A stretch of 33,992 nucleotides of DNA. Source: Nemertoderma westbladi. Taxonomy: Eukaryota > Animalia > Xenacoelomorpha. The translations under genes and the position numbers were made by a program. Every line of letters begins with the position of its first letter. Within the stretch, counting starts at the first letter, position 1. Of the stretch, positions 10,466 through 21,258 are shown piece after piece. Below the pieces are notes generated by a model that searched no databases, had not been told where the DNA came from, and saw only the letters and a program-made list of their open reading frames with translations. The stretch lies in NCBI GenBank assembly GCA_032718475.1, contig JAUCBJ010005748.1, positions 1 through 33,992 of the forward strand, in the 5' to 3' direction.

Positions 10466-11566
10466 ATGTTAACATTTATAAGACGAGATTCTAACAGCAC
10501 CTTGTACAAAGCGGTGTCTGACTATCTTATCGTGTTGGGGTGGAAGTGCCTCAATCCGGAATCGATGCGGTTCAATCTGATATTGGGCGATCGAAATAAA
10601 CTGCCGTACAGCCGTCTGGGCCACACGAACGCGGTACAGTTGGTCAATTACTACAGGGGCAACGGTATACTCACCCGGAAGGCTGCCTTATGCGACATGC
10701 TGCGGCAACACTGCCCGACTCACCACCAATGGTGGCCGGCAACCATGGTGATAAACCCCAAGGTTGTAGAGAACTGTATGGGCGTTAATGTCCATAAAGA
10801 TGACGACAGTGACGCATTAGAGGAGGCGATGGACGGACTAAGTGTATGGATCGTTAAACCGACTTCCGGAGGTAAAGGCGAGGGGATGCTAATAACCCGT
10901 AGTTTTTCCGACGTAAAGAGATTCGTTGATTCGTCCGGGACGCGGCACGCGGTGCAGCGCTACGTGACCAACCCAATGCTGCTGCCCCCTGGGGGTCGGA
11001 AGTTCGACGTCCGTTGCTGGGTATTAGTCGACCACAATTACGATATCTTTATTTACCGCGAGGGTGTCCTCCGGACATCTTCCGAAGTCTATGAACCGGA
11101 CAATTTCTCAGATACTCCGGCACATATTACTAACCACGCCCTCCAGGTGGAAGCCTCGGAAAATTTCGGGAAGTTCGAAATTTCCAACGAAATATTTTTC
11201 GAAGAATTTTCTGATATTTTAAGCCGCGAGTTTAATTTATCTTTCCAGGAAGACATTCTCCCGCAAATTAAGACCATCATCTTACAATGTTTATTGAGTG
11301 TGGAAGATCATCTCAGCACAAACGATTTATCTTACTCGAGTTTTCAGTTATTTGGGTTTGATTTTTTGTTGGACGACTCAGGGAAGGTGTTTCTGCTTGA
11401 GATCAACGGCGCCCCGGCTCTCTCCGAGAGGCTACTGTCTGCTTGTTCCCGGAGTTTAGTTCACCAAACCATTCTACCTTATTTTGCTCACGGTTCCTCT
11501 CAGGGTGATGGCGGTTTTATTAATATTTATAACCACAGCGATGAAAAGTCGGTGAAAATGAAATGA
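10466..11566 (+). CDS. TTL: Tubulin--tyrosine ligase, intronless CDS, 366 aa
   Basis: TTL-specific N-terminus (MLTFIRRDSNS...RFNLILGDRNKLPYSRLGH...QLVNYYRG) and ATP-grasp motifs WIVKPTSGGKGEG, QRY, RKFDVRCWVLVDH, YREGVLRTSSE, HITNH, FQLFGFDF, LEINGAPA. Confidence 0.95.
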   Translation: MLTFIRRDSNSTLYKAVSDYLIVLGWKCLNPESMRFNLILGDRNKLPYSRLGHTNAVQLVNYYRGNGILTRKAALCDMLRQHCPTHHQWWPATMVINPKVVENCMGVNVHKDDDSDALEEAMDGLSVWIVKPTSGGKGEGMLITRSFSDVKRFVDSSGTRHAVQRYVTNPMLLPPGGRKFDVRCWVLVDHNYDIFIYREGVLRTSSEVYEPDNFSDTPAHITNHALQVEASENFGKFEISNEIFFEEFSDILSREFNLSFQEDILPQIKTIILQCLLSVEDHLSTNDLSYSSFQLFGFDFLLDDSGKVFLLEINGAPALSERLLSACSRSLVHQTILPYFAHGSSQGDGGFINIYNHSDEKSVKMK

Positions 11567-12118
11567 CAAATAAACTCATATCTTTCCATTAATTAATTAA
11601 TTAATAATAAATAATTATCATGATCATCTATTTTCTAATATATATTTATTATTATATTTATAGAGACTAAAGTTGATTTCAGAACGCGGGATATTGTCTG
11701 AGCTAATAAGGGAGTCTCTAAATAATACACAGTAATTTTGGAAGTTTTTCTGATAAATTTCACCCTCTAGCAGCAGACGAGAGACTTGGTACGATTGTAC
11801 TACTTGTACAAGGGTCTAACCCTCACAAAGCAAATCAATTCGCATTTGGCAATCAAGCGGCAGACTAAAGAACGCCATTCGTGGTATTATGATTATAAAT
11901 CTTGCCGTTTGAGGATTCCATATCTGAAAAAATATATTACGTAAATAATTATAAAAGTGTGTCATTCAAAAATTAAGATCCAAACATACTTGTTGTTTTG
12001 TAATCTCCACCAATCCATTATTCTCACTAGGTCGTCCTTATATTGCGTAGCGCTTTTTATGATTATACTTGACCCCTACCCTACAACCCCCCCCCCCCCC
12101 CCCCCCCCCCTGCCACAA

Positions 12119-13176
12119 AATAGGGTTGATGCGTGCAAAAAAATTGGGCTAATAACAACCGAATGAGGGGTAATAAGGTGCCCTGAATCGAGTGGCGCGG
12201 TGTGTTTTTTTGTAAAAACACGAGGAAACGGTCGTTTAAGTTAAGTAAGCGCGATAAGTCAATTTTGAAAATCGGCTGTGGTTGGATGCTACAGATTTGA
12301 GGATTTGACGTCACTACAAAGTGATGTACTGATGATTTCTTATCTTGGTTTTGATGGGTAGAGATTTTCGATCTATATTCAAATAGATATTAAATCTCAA
12401 TCATTTCACACGTGGCTTATATCAATTGAAAGCGGAGAGTCTTGCGCGTCTTTTGACACCACAATTAATTAAATTGATGATGAAGACGATTGTTAAAATG
12501 CTGTTCACAATTGCAATCTCGACAGATGGCCTGACTGGTAAACAAGAATTCAAGGCATCCTATAGGACCCCTTGAGTCAGCCCTATCAGCCTATTGCTGA
12601 ATCTGAGTATTGCATCTCACTTAATCAAATTTGGTTTACCGGTGACCGGTAGACATTTTTATTATTCGAGTAGCCTTATCAATTATTATATTACCGGCTG
12701 ACCTGTATTACAAGTTTATTATTATTTTAAATCTAATCTGTAGGCATTACCGTACTCAATACAGCTCGGAAGTTGGAATGCAGTATTGCTGCTGGAAATA
12801 CTGCTGGAAACAGCATTTTATCAATGTTCATTACTATGAATTCAATTAATTATAGTGCCAAAAGACGCCCAAGACTCCCCGCTTTCAATTGATATAAGCC
12901 ACGTGTGAAATGATTGAGATTTAATGTGTATTTGAATCCAATATCAATAGAAACCAAGGTAAGAAATCATCAGAGCACTTTGTAATGACGTCAAATTTGT
13001 AGCAGCCAATCACAGTCGATTTTCAAAATTGGCTTCCCGTGCTTACTTAAACTCGCTATTTCGGCCGTTTCCTTGCGTTTGTAGAAAAAACACACCCCGC
13101 AATTCGTTTCAGGGCACCATTATACTATTCAATGGTTTCTAGCCCAACAAAAATTTTTTCGCGCACCAACTCTATT
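12119..13176. mobile_element. Non-autonomous long-TIR (foldback) DNA element, about 1.06 kb with about 350-bp arms
   Basis: 12119-~12478 aligns as the reverse complement of ~12837-13176 along the whole arm; 47-bp perfect core 12389-12435 / 12879-12925; no ORF. Confidence 0.85.
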
Positions 13177-13704
13177 GTTGTCTGTCAAGTAGCACTTTGC
13201 ATCATAGGAGTTCTACTTGTTGTAGTGAGCCACTAAACAAACAGCTGGTGTGTATTACCGGTAAATAATGTGTAACATACACATTAAATACTTTGCACAT
13301 TGCTGTAATTTGTATTTTAAAATGCAAACTATATAGCTTTTACGACTTAAAATCGACGAAGTCATTTTTACAAGAGTGGGATAAAAAAAATTGCGGCCAT
13401 GAAGACCGGAGGAATACCCATTTTCAAATTTCTATCAACATACCGTAAAGTTTGTCAGGAATAACGTAAAAAAAACTCATAAAAATGTGCAATTTTTATC
13501 ATAGAATGTAAATACATCAAGAGCCACTGTCACAAACCGGCATTGAAAAATGCAAGGCTGGAAAGTAAAGGATAAAAGACCAGTGGCTGGTCGGCGAGGA
13601 CTGCGTTGTTGGGAAGTTTTACTACCAGTGGAGTGAATATTATCTGGGAATAATAATGTTCCAGTACTTTAGCCCAAAAAATAATAATAAATCCTCTTGC
13701 TATT

Positions 13705-13845
13705 TCTGATTGGTTGAACATCTCAGATTTCCAACCCAGCTGATAAATGCGCCTGGCAACTCCCAATCAACTATTATCCTCTTTGTCACTATGGCAACCC
13801 TAAACATTTTAAACAGTAAATTGCATGCTCTATTCTACAGTAAGC
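13705..13845 (+). promoter_or_regulatory. Candidate CFAP61 promoter: RFX X-box plus CCAAT boxes and possible non-coding exon donor
   Basis: GTCACTATGGCAAC (13785-13798) fits the X-box consensus; extra half site TGGCAAC at 13754-13760; ATTGG (~13709) and CCAAT (~13763); CA|GTAAGC donor at 13840; downstream gene is ciliary. Confidence 0.65.
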
Positions 13846-14682
13846 AATAGGCCTACAGGAAACTCTGAAATTTAATCACAATCTGTGCCAGGTTTCCTTA
13901 TTAGATTTACAGCTTTACTTTAAATTATGGTTGACAGTTATGAATTTTGATTACGGCTCTTTTAAAATGAGTTTGCTGTAAGTAACAAAGTCGATAACCA
14001 AAGGAGATATGCGATCCTTAACCTGTTAGAACATACCTCAGGCTGCATATTGTAATTTCCCGTTTTAATTTGAGCGTTTCAAGAAATGCAATCAGTTTGG
14101 CCGGGCATTCCTCTGGCTAAATATGAGTGTAGCTCCACTGTAAAGTGCTGCTCCCACTGCATTGTATAGGCCTAGTTGCTTTTATTTTAATGACAGGTTA
14201 TTGGCAGTATGTTTCTATGTTACTAAGGTTTCTGCATGCTCCTGTAGCTGTTAGATTGTACAATTCATACAACTGTTATCAAGTAATAACTATTTACATA
14301 CTTGTGTGTAAAGTAGCACTTTACAGTGTGATGATCTGAGTGGCTTTGTTACACGAACGAACGTTAGTGAGTGAGTGAAAATAAAGCCACGAGAATCAGA
14401 ACACTGTAAAGTACTTTGCAACAAGTATGAATGTAGTTTTATTCCAAAATTGTGAAACATTACGAAATGATTGTATATATACTTTATAAGTGGTAGAAAC
14501 TGCACAAATTATATTAGTTGCTGTATAAATAATTGTAAGAATGACATAAAGTATCAATAAAGAATATAAGAAAATAAGATACAATATAAGAAAATATCAA
14601 TTATGTTATAAATAAGTTAGCTTATATTTATCGCGGTGTTTGGAGCCATGTTATAATAATATAGCTAGGCCCTACTCCCTAC

Positions 14683-14819
14683 GGCGCAGTGGTGGTACGG
14701 CTAATGTCGCGTTACGGCTAATTTTCAGAGTAGCCGTAACGCGACTTTGAAAGTCGCGTTACGGCTAATCTCTCAAAAAATTAGCCGTAACGCGACATTA
14801 GCTGTAACGCGACGACACC
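14683..14819. mobile_element. 137-bp palindromic MITE with 8-bp TSD CTCCCTAC and GG...CC termini
   Basis: CTCCCTAC at 14675-14682 and 14820-14827; body built from TAGCCGTAACGCGAC units in alternating orientation around ACTTTGAAAGT. Confidence 0.85.
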
Positions 14820-14896
14820 CTCCCTACTGGTTATTAATAGCTATACCCCGGTAGGTAATGCAGTAGGCATATCTGGCTGTCAGGCAAATTTCCACC

Positions 14897-14993
14897 TATT
14901 GTTTACGTGGTATCCAATGACGGCGTTAAGTTATGTCCCCTTAGTGGACATTACTTTTACTTAACGTCGTCATGCGTCGTCACGTAAACAATA
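14897..14993. mobile_element. 97-bp hairpin / mini-MITE
   Basis: TATTGTTTACGTG / CACGTAAACAATA perfect 13-bp termini; inner ATGACGGCGTTAAGT / ACTTAACGTCGTCAT and ATGTCC / GGACAT. Confidence 0.7.
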
Positions 14994-15258
14994 ACACCAA
15001 ATACAATACTAAATGTACAGGCCAATACAATGCTGTAATGTCCTCTAAAGTTGTAAAGTGCTAAATAACAACTCGCTGTTAATACTAACGGCGTTGAGTA
15101 ATGTTACAATTTTGGAATAAAAGATTTAATTTAATTGTATAAATTTGATATAGCACAAATTAATTACTTATACTTTTATTTAATTGTTTGTATATTGACA
15201 TTTCGATTTATTTCATGAATATAACCCGATTGAAATTGGACTTGTGTCTATAAGCAAT

Positions 15259-15380
15259 ATGCCTGCTGCCGGTGGGAAACAGACAGGAGATATGCGTTTA
15301 AGCGCGAGACGTACCGAGTCGTTGGATGCTCCTAACATTCTAAGTCTCGTCGACTCAGCCACGGAACAGTTATTCGGCAG
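15259..15380 (+). CDS. CFAP61: First coding exon of cilia- and flagella-associated protein 61 (absent from the ORF track)
   Basis: MPAAGGKQTGDMRLSARRTESLDAPNILSLVDSATEQLFG-R matches the CFAP61 N-terminal RRTESxD...LFG motif; CAG|GTAAAA phase-2 donor at 15381. Confidence 0.88.
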
Positions 15381-15559
15381 GTAAAATTATAATAATTTCA
15401 AATTAAAATATTCGTGCTGTGTGTGTTGTGTATACCTATCGATGGTATAATTATCTCAAATCGTAGCTTAAGTGTCATAAGGCCCTAAGTCGATTTTTGT
15501 TGGATTTTACTTTTTTATACGTAATTTCACACTTTAAGACATGCTCAATCAGCTGGTGA

Positions 15560-15790
15560 AGTTGTGAACACTTTAACCAATGGGAAGTGATGATTATTGT
15601 GTGGTAAAGTGAAGCCCTATATCCCAATGGACATTATTTTGCTGAAAAAGAGTTAATCTCTCTCGATGTTACTGCAGAAAGGGTCTATGTAATGTATTAA
15701 CCAATGGGAAGTGATGTTTATGACGTAATAAAGTAAGATCCAATAAGCCTATTGGACAATATTTTACTGCAGAAAGGCCCTATCTGTATA
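15560..15790. repeat. Diverged direct duplication, period about 125 bp
   Basis: TTAACCAATGGGAAGTGATG at ~15573 and ~15697; TTACTGCAGAAAGG twice. Confidence 0.6.
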
Positions 15791-15917
15791 TATTTTATAT
15801 GCTATCCTGAACAATTGCAATTTTTTACTTGCCTTATTAACAATAATTAATAAATGTTTTCGTATCAATATTATTATTACGCTGAGATGTATACAGCGAT
15901 GTAAAATCATGAGCAAT

Positions 15918-17100
15918 CATTGCCCAACTCCAGTTAACCCATATCTATTGTCTCCCATTGCCCAACTTCAGTTAACCCATATCTATTGTCTCCCATTGCT
16001 CAACTCCAGTTAACCCATATCTATTGTCTCCCATTGCCCAACTCCAGTTAACCCATATCTATTGTCTCCCATTGCTCAACTCCAGTTAACCCATATCTGT
16101 TGTCTCCCATTGCTCAACTCCAGTTAACCCATATCTGTTGTCTCCCATTGCCCAACTCCAGTTAACCCATATCTATTGTCTCCCATTGCCCAACTCCAGT
16201 TAACCCATATCTATTGTCTCCCATTGCTCAACTCCAGTTAACCCATATCTATTGTCTGCCATTGCCCAACTCCAGTTAACCCATATCTATTGTCTCCCAT
16301 TGCTCAACTCTAGTTAACCCATATCTATTGTCTCCCATTGCCCAACTCCAGTTAACCCATATCTGTTGTCTCCCATTGCCCAACTCCAGTTAACCCATAT
16401 CTATTGTCTCCCATTGCTCAACTCCAGTTAACCCATATCTGTTGTCTCCCATTGCTCAACTCCAGTTAACCCATATCTGTTGTCTCCCATTGCTCAACTC
16501 CAGTTAACCCATATCTGTTGTCTCCCATTGCTCAACTCCAGTTAACCCATATCTGTTGTCTCCCATTGCTCAACTCCAGTTAACCCATATCTGTTGTCTC
16601 CCATTGCTCAACTCCAGTTAACCCATATCTATTGTCTCCCATTGCTCAACTCCAGTTAACCCATATCTGTTGTCTCCCATAGCTCAACTCCAGTTAACCC
16701 ATATCTATTGTCTCCCATTGCTCAACTCCAGTTAACCCATATCTGTTGTCTCCCATTGCTCAACTCCAGTTAACCCATATCTATTGTCTCCCATTGCTCA
16801 ACTCCAGTTAACCCATATCTGTTGTCTCCCATTGCTCAACTCCAGTTAACCCATATCTATTGTCTCCCATTGCTCAACTCCAGTTAACCCATATCTGTTG
16901 TCTCCCATTGCTCAACTCCAGTTAACCCATATCTGTTGTCTCCCATTGCCCAACTCCAGTTAACCCATATCTATTGTCTCCCATTGCCCAACTCCAGTTA
17001 ACCCATATCTATTGTCTCCCATTGCCCAACTCCAGTTAACCCATATCTATTGTCTCCCATTGCTCAACTCCAGTTAACCCATATCTATTGTTTCCCCGTC
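15918..17100. repeat. Intronic minisatellite, 38-bp unit (CATTGC[C/T]CAACTCCAGTTAACCCATATCT[A/G]TTGTCTCC), about 31 copies
   Basis: Directly visible; the last unit grades into the acceptor TTGTTTCCCCGTCAG of CFAP61 exon 2. Confidence 0.97.
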
Positions 17101-17102
17101 AG

Positions 17103-17229
17103 AGCGAACATTGTGGAACTTATCGAGAAAGCAGTGCTCGCTGTTTCTCTCATAGACCAGGATGGTGAACTACTGGCTCAGGCTTGTTTCTTCGACTACC
17201 CCAATGTGCCCTCCGTGGATCGCACACAG
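17103..17229 (+). CDS. CFAP61: Second coding exon of CFAP61
   Basis: (R)ANIVELIEKAVLAVSLIDQDGELLAQACFFDYPNVPSVDRTQ matches CFAP61 NIIYLLEKANLAVTL...AQATFLDYPN; AG at 17101-17102 is phase-compatible with exon 1; CAG|GTTTGT donor at 17230; no further exon recognised in the window. Confidence 0.9.
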
Positions 17230-18462
17230 GTTTGTACCTAACTACAACTGTGTAGTAATAACGAACCTGCCTATTAAGAGGCCAAGGTAGTTCTTGTCAA
17301 GAGTTGAGCCGTTCAAAAACAAGAAGTATTTGTGTGTGTATGTATATCAATCAATATAACCAATATCTCAAAAACTCAAGCAGGTACGCAAATATTTTAA
17401 TAACAAATTCTACATGAATTTTGGTTGCGAAAAATACTATATTTTTGCGGCGTTTCGATCCCGGGGTCACTGAAAAATAGCGGTTTTGAAAATTTAATGT
17501 AGCATTTCACCGATTTCAACTCGTCGAGTATGCATCAACTTTTTATTTGAGATATTCAGTCATCTGAGCAACATTGGCCTCAGAATCTTTCCAAATATCG
17601 CCTATCTCCCACATAACTTCGCCAAAATTTGTTAGTCCGGCAAAAAAAACGCACAAATTCGTCTAAAAGAGTAAATTATTGGTTGAAGAATAATGTGACT
17701 CAACTAGAAAAGCCAGCAAGCTGGCTGTAAGGAGACCGCCCATAGACAAACGTATTGAACAGCTTTGCTTAAGTCTGAGAGAAAGTAATACCAGCCCCTG
17801 CATGTCATTATTATTAACCTATAAAACATTTGAACGGCCGGTGCTTAAAATTCAATCAGCTGGCCTCCCACCTAACATAGCAGTGAGTAACCTTATAGAT
17901 ATTCCCATGGATTCACTGGGACGAGCTATTAAGCTGGCGGGGTAATGCATTACAAACTGTCTGGGATAGAGTGAGAGAGTATTAAATTTGGCAAGTAATA
18001 TACTTCTGTGCAGTTTGGGCCTATCCATTCAATAAATACAGTAGTAGTAGCTTACTAGGCCCTCATGAGTACCAGGAGTTGGTGTTTCTATCATTGTGTT
18101 TGCAGGACATTGCTTTCGCCGTGAGGACCAGCCAGCCAGTGCATAATCTTGTGCTTTGGCAACCTCATGGAGTGAATAAGCATGGCAATGACAAAAAGCA
18201 TCGCTCACTCAGGGTGCCGGTTTGAGGAGCACGTTCGTTTAAAGCCAGCTTGCTGTCTCTCTAGTATGAGATTAATAAAAGCTAATAAATTAAGCATCAG
18301 AAATCAAAATTGCTTAAATATGAAGCGAATACTTACTTATAAGAGAGGCAACATTACTCACAACACAATTGTTATAATTGTAAAATAATACTAATTGTAG
18401 CATAGTTTATTTTACAAAGCGAAAGGTCACCCAGATAGTGTACCTTAGGTCACCCAGGTGGT

Positions 18463-20440
18463 AGATAGATAGATTTATTTATACATTATGTAAAAACAAT
18501 AACAAATACACCAAACAATGTACCGGTATAAAGGTATTGTCCAACATAACATATAGGATTACCCCTAAAGCTTTGCAGCTTATTTCCAAGGGGGTCCTTT
18601 ATGTTACTTGGTTACAAATACAATATTACACTACGCTAACCTAAAACCAATATAAAACGTAATTACACTATGTACATGTACAACTTTACCGAGAGCGTGA
18701 CAATGTCCGACTCAACGATAAAGATGTAATGTACAGAACAATTTATTATAAAACGTAATTACAGTATAAATAGTAAATAATTAATAAACTAATAACTTAC
18801 TGTAGGACTATTGTACCTATTTTTACATTGCACACGGAGATGGGATTTAACTGCAGATTTAAAAGAATGTTGATTATCTAGGTTTTTAATTTCATTAGGC
18901 AGAGCGTTCCAATTTTTTATGCCGTTAAAAAAGAAAGTATCAGATTCAAAGGATTTACAATTCGGGAGGTAGAAGTTTGAAGCACTAGCTCTGGTACTGT
19001 AAGAGTGTGTATCGCGTACTGTACTCTGTTGAATTTTTGGTTTAGGTAATTGGGACATTTACCATTATACACTTTATGCACATGGTTAAGGCGTAGCTGC
19101 TTAACTCTACTATCTAAGTTAAGTAGTCCAGATTCAGAAAAGTCATCTGGAGTTAGGTGGTGCCTAGGTTTGTAGTCTTTAATAAATCGTACTACTTTAT
19201 TCTGAGCTACTTGTAATTTACATTTAAGCTGTTTGGTTAAGCCTTCATACCAAGAAGAGCACGCATAGTCCATGTGACACTGTATTAAAGAAGAGCAAAG
19301 TAACTTGCGGGAGTCGGTGTTTAAACTATTTTTATTTCTGTATAGAAACCTAAGCCTACTGTTAACTTTCGAGAAAATATTTTTCACTGTACTTTCTCCT
19401 GATAAGCAGTTATCCAATGTGGCGCCTAAATATTTAACTTCCTTTTTATTTTCAATCTTATGTCCATTACTAGTGACTTCAAACTTAGTTACCTTCTTTA
19501 ACTTTCTTTTGGAACCAAACAAAATACTTTCAGTTTTACCGTAGTGAATGGATAGCTTATTATCAACCAACCACTCATTACAGGATTCTAGAACTGCACT
19601 TAACTTTTGGGAAATATGGATAGGATCTTTATGAGAGAAAATAAGAGCACTGTCGTCGGCATATAAAATGAGTTTAAAATCGGGATCTATACTACTTATC
19701 ATATCATTTACATAGCATACAAAAAGCAGAGGACCTAATATACTACCTTGCGGTACACCACAGGTAATCTCTTGTACAGTAGACAGCGATTTGCTAATGA
19801 CTACAGTTTGACCTCTGTCTGACAGGTAGGACTTGAACCAGTCTATAGAACCTACACCCATCAGGCCTAACTTACCAAGCAGAATTTCGTGATCTACAGT
19901 ATCGAAAGCCTTTTGTAGGTCCAACATTACCATACCAGTATATAAACCCTTTGCGTTATTACATCTAATTGTATCAGTTAAGTTAATAAGGCAGGTGTCT
20001 GTAGAATATGATTTACGAAAACCGGACTGAAGTTCATAGATCATATTTAGCCTACTAAGATGTGCCTCCAGCTGTAGAAAAACAGAACGTTCTAGAATTT
20101 TAGATACAATACTTAAGATACTAACAGGTCTGTAATTACAGGGTTCTACTTTACTATTCTTTTTATACAGAGGAACAACCTTAGCTAATTTCAGTTCGTC
20201 TGGTACTACATTATCTACGATAGAGTAATTAATAATAAAAGTAATAGGCACTTTAAGTACTTCAGCACCATCCTTAAGAAAACGGGCAGGTATTAGGTCT
20301 AGACCGGTACTTTTTGAGGCTGATAGGCTAAGTAGATTTTTAAAAACGAAATCCTCAGAAACGGGTTTTAAAAATAACTTTTCTGAATTTTGTAACTTTT
20401 CTAAATAAAAATTATTTAGAGTTTCGGACCCTATACTATA
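18463..20440 (-). mobile_element. 5'-truncated non-LTR retrotransposon of the CR1/L2 group (Crack/Daphne-like), 7-bp TSD AGGTGGT
   Basis: AGGTGGT at 18456-18462 and 20441-20447; 3' end AATAAA(TCTA)n; 3' UTR stem-loop GGACCCC...GGGGTAATCC (~18597-18556); RT ORF inside. Confidence 0.92.
18789..20435 (-). pseudogene. ORF2 reverse transcriptase fragment (no endonuclease domain; one frameshift near 19030-19060)
   Basis: [58 protein letters not shown]; C-terminal HSYSTR...WNALP...SFKSAVK lies in a second frame. Confidence 0.92.
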
Positions 20441-20639
20441 AGGTGGTGTATTTAGACCATCTTAATAACGATGGGGTGATGGTAACACCCGCTATTGGCA
20501 CAAGAAGTAGACCAGCAAAGTACCTTACTGACTTTACTTTACTGACTAGACTTTACTGATGACTTAGGGGTTACTGTCAGAATCACTAGAGGGAGTCTAA
20601 AGGCTTATAGTTGTGGTCTTTTTGTAAACTCCAAGAAGG

Positions 20640-20890
20640 CCAAAATCATTATACAGGGAACCTAGACAACCCTCAAGAAATGTCTGATCGTAAGGACATG
20701 AGCTCCAGGGTGGGCTTGCTTGAGCATGTTGATAACTTCTGCCACTTGGAATCATGGATCAGGAAGACCGGATACGTAAGGGGAAGGCATGGGCGGCGTT
20801 AAATAGTCTGTCCAGGATTATTGTCCAGAATAAAACGGAACTTCAATGTTCGATTATTTATAGCAGTAGTAGTACCAGTACTGATTTCCG
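20640..20890 (+). mobile_element. Degenerate RTE-type LINE relic (RT thumb region)
   Basis: Three frames join to LEHVDNFCHLESWI / DRIRKGKAWAALNSLSRI / NVRLFIAVVVPVL, like the RTE-clade LExVxxFxYLGSWI...IRKAxAW...RLF...VL segment. Confidence 0.65.
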
Positions 20891-21258
20891 CATTCTTAAA
20901 AATGCAGCTGCAATGCAGCATGCCGATCCTCGTAGTAGTTAGTACTGGTGCCCAATTGCGCACAATATCTGATTTCGTTACGGATACTGTACACAGTAGG
21001 CCTACATCTGTTGCCCCATATTTCCGTATAGCAACCAAATCGTGCCACTACAATTAGACCGCACGAATGACTCTTTTTTTCTAGTACCTATATCATTTAA
21101 TGTCGCTATTATTGCGGGTTGGATTATTTAATTATAACTGTATTTTTGCTAAATTGTTTATATATGTATATTTTTTTTGCCTAATCACTTATTAAACACG
21201 TATAATATGTATAAAAAATATATATAAAGAAATATTATCGTATATCATATATTATATA

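Noticed and set aside
12329-12340. Hammerhead ribozyme core (CTGATGA, also at ~20556)
   Set aside because: No stem II followed by GAAA and no closing helices
18020-18200. HDV-like ribozyme or second SINE
   Set aside because: Only a short ATGAGTACCAG core match; could not build the nested double pseudoknot or find A/B boxes by eye
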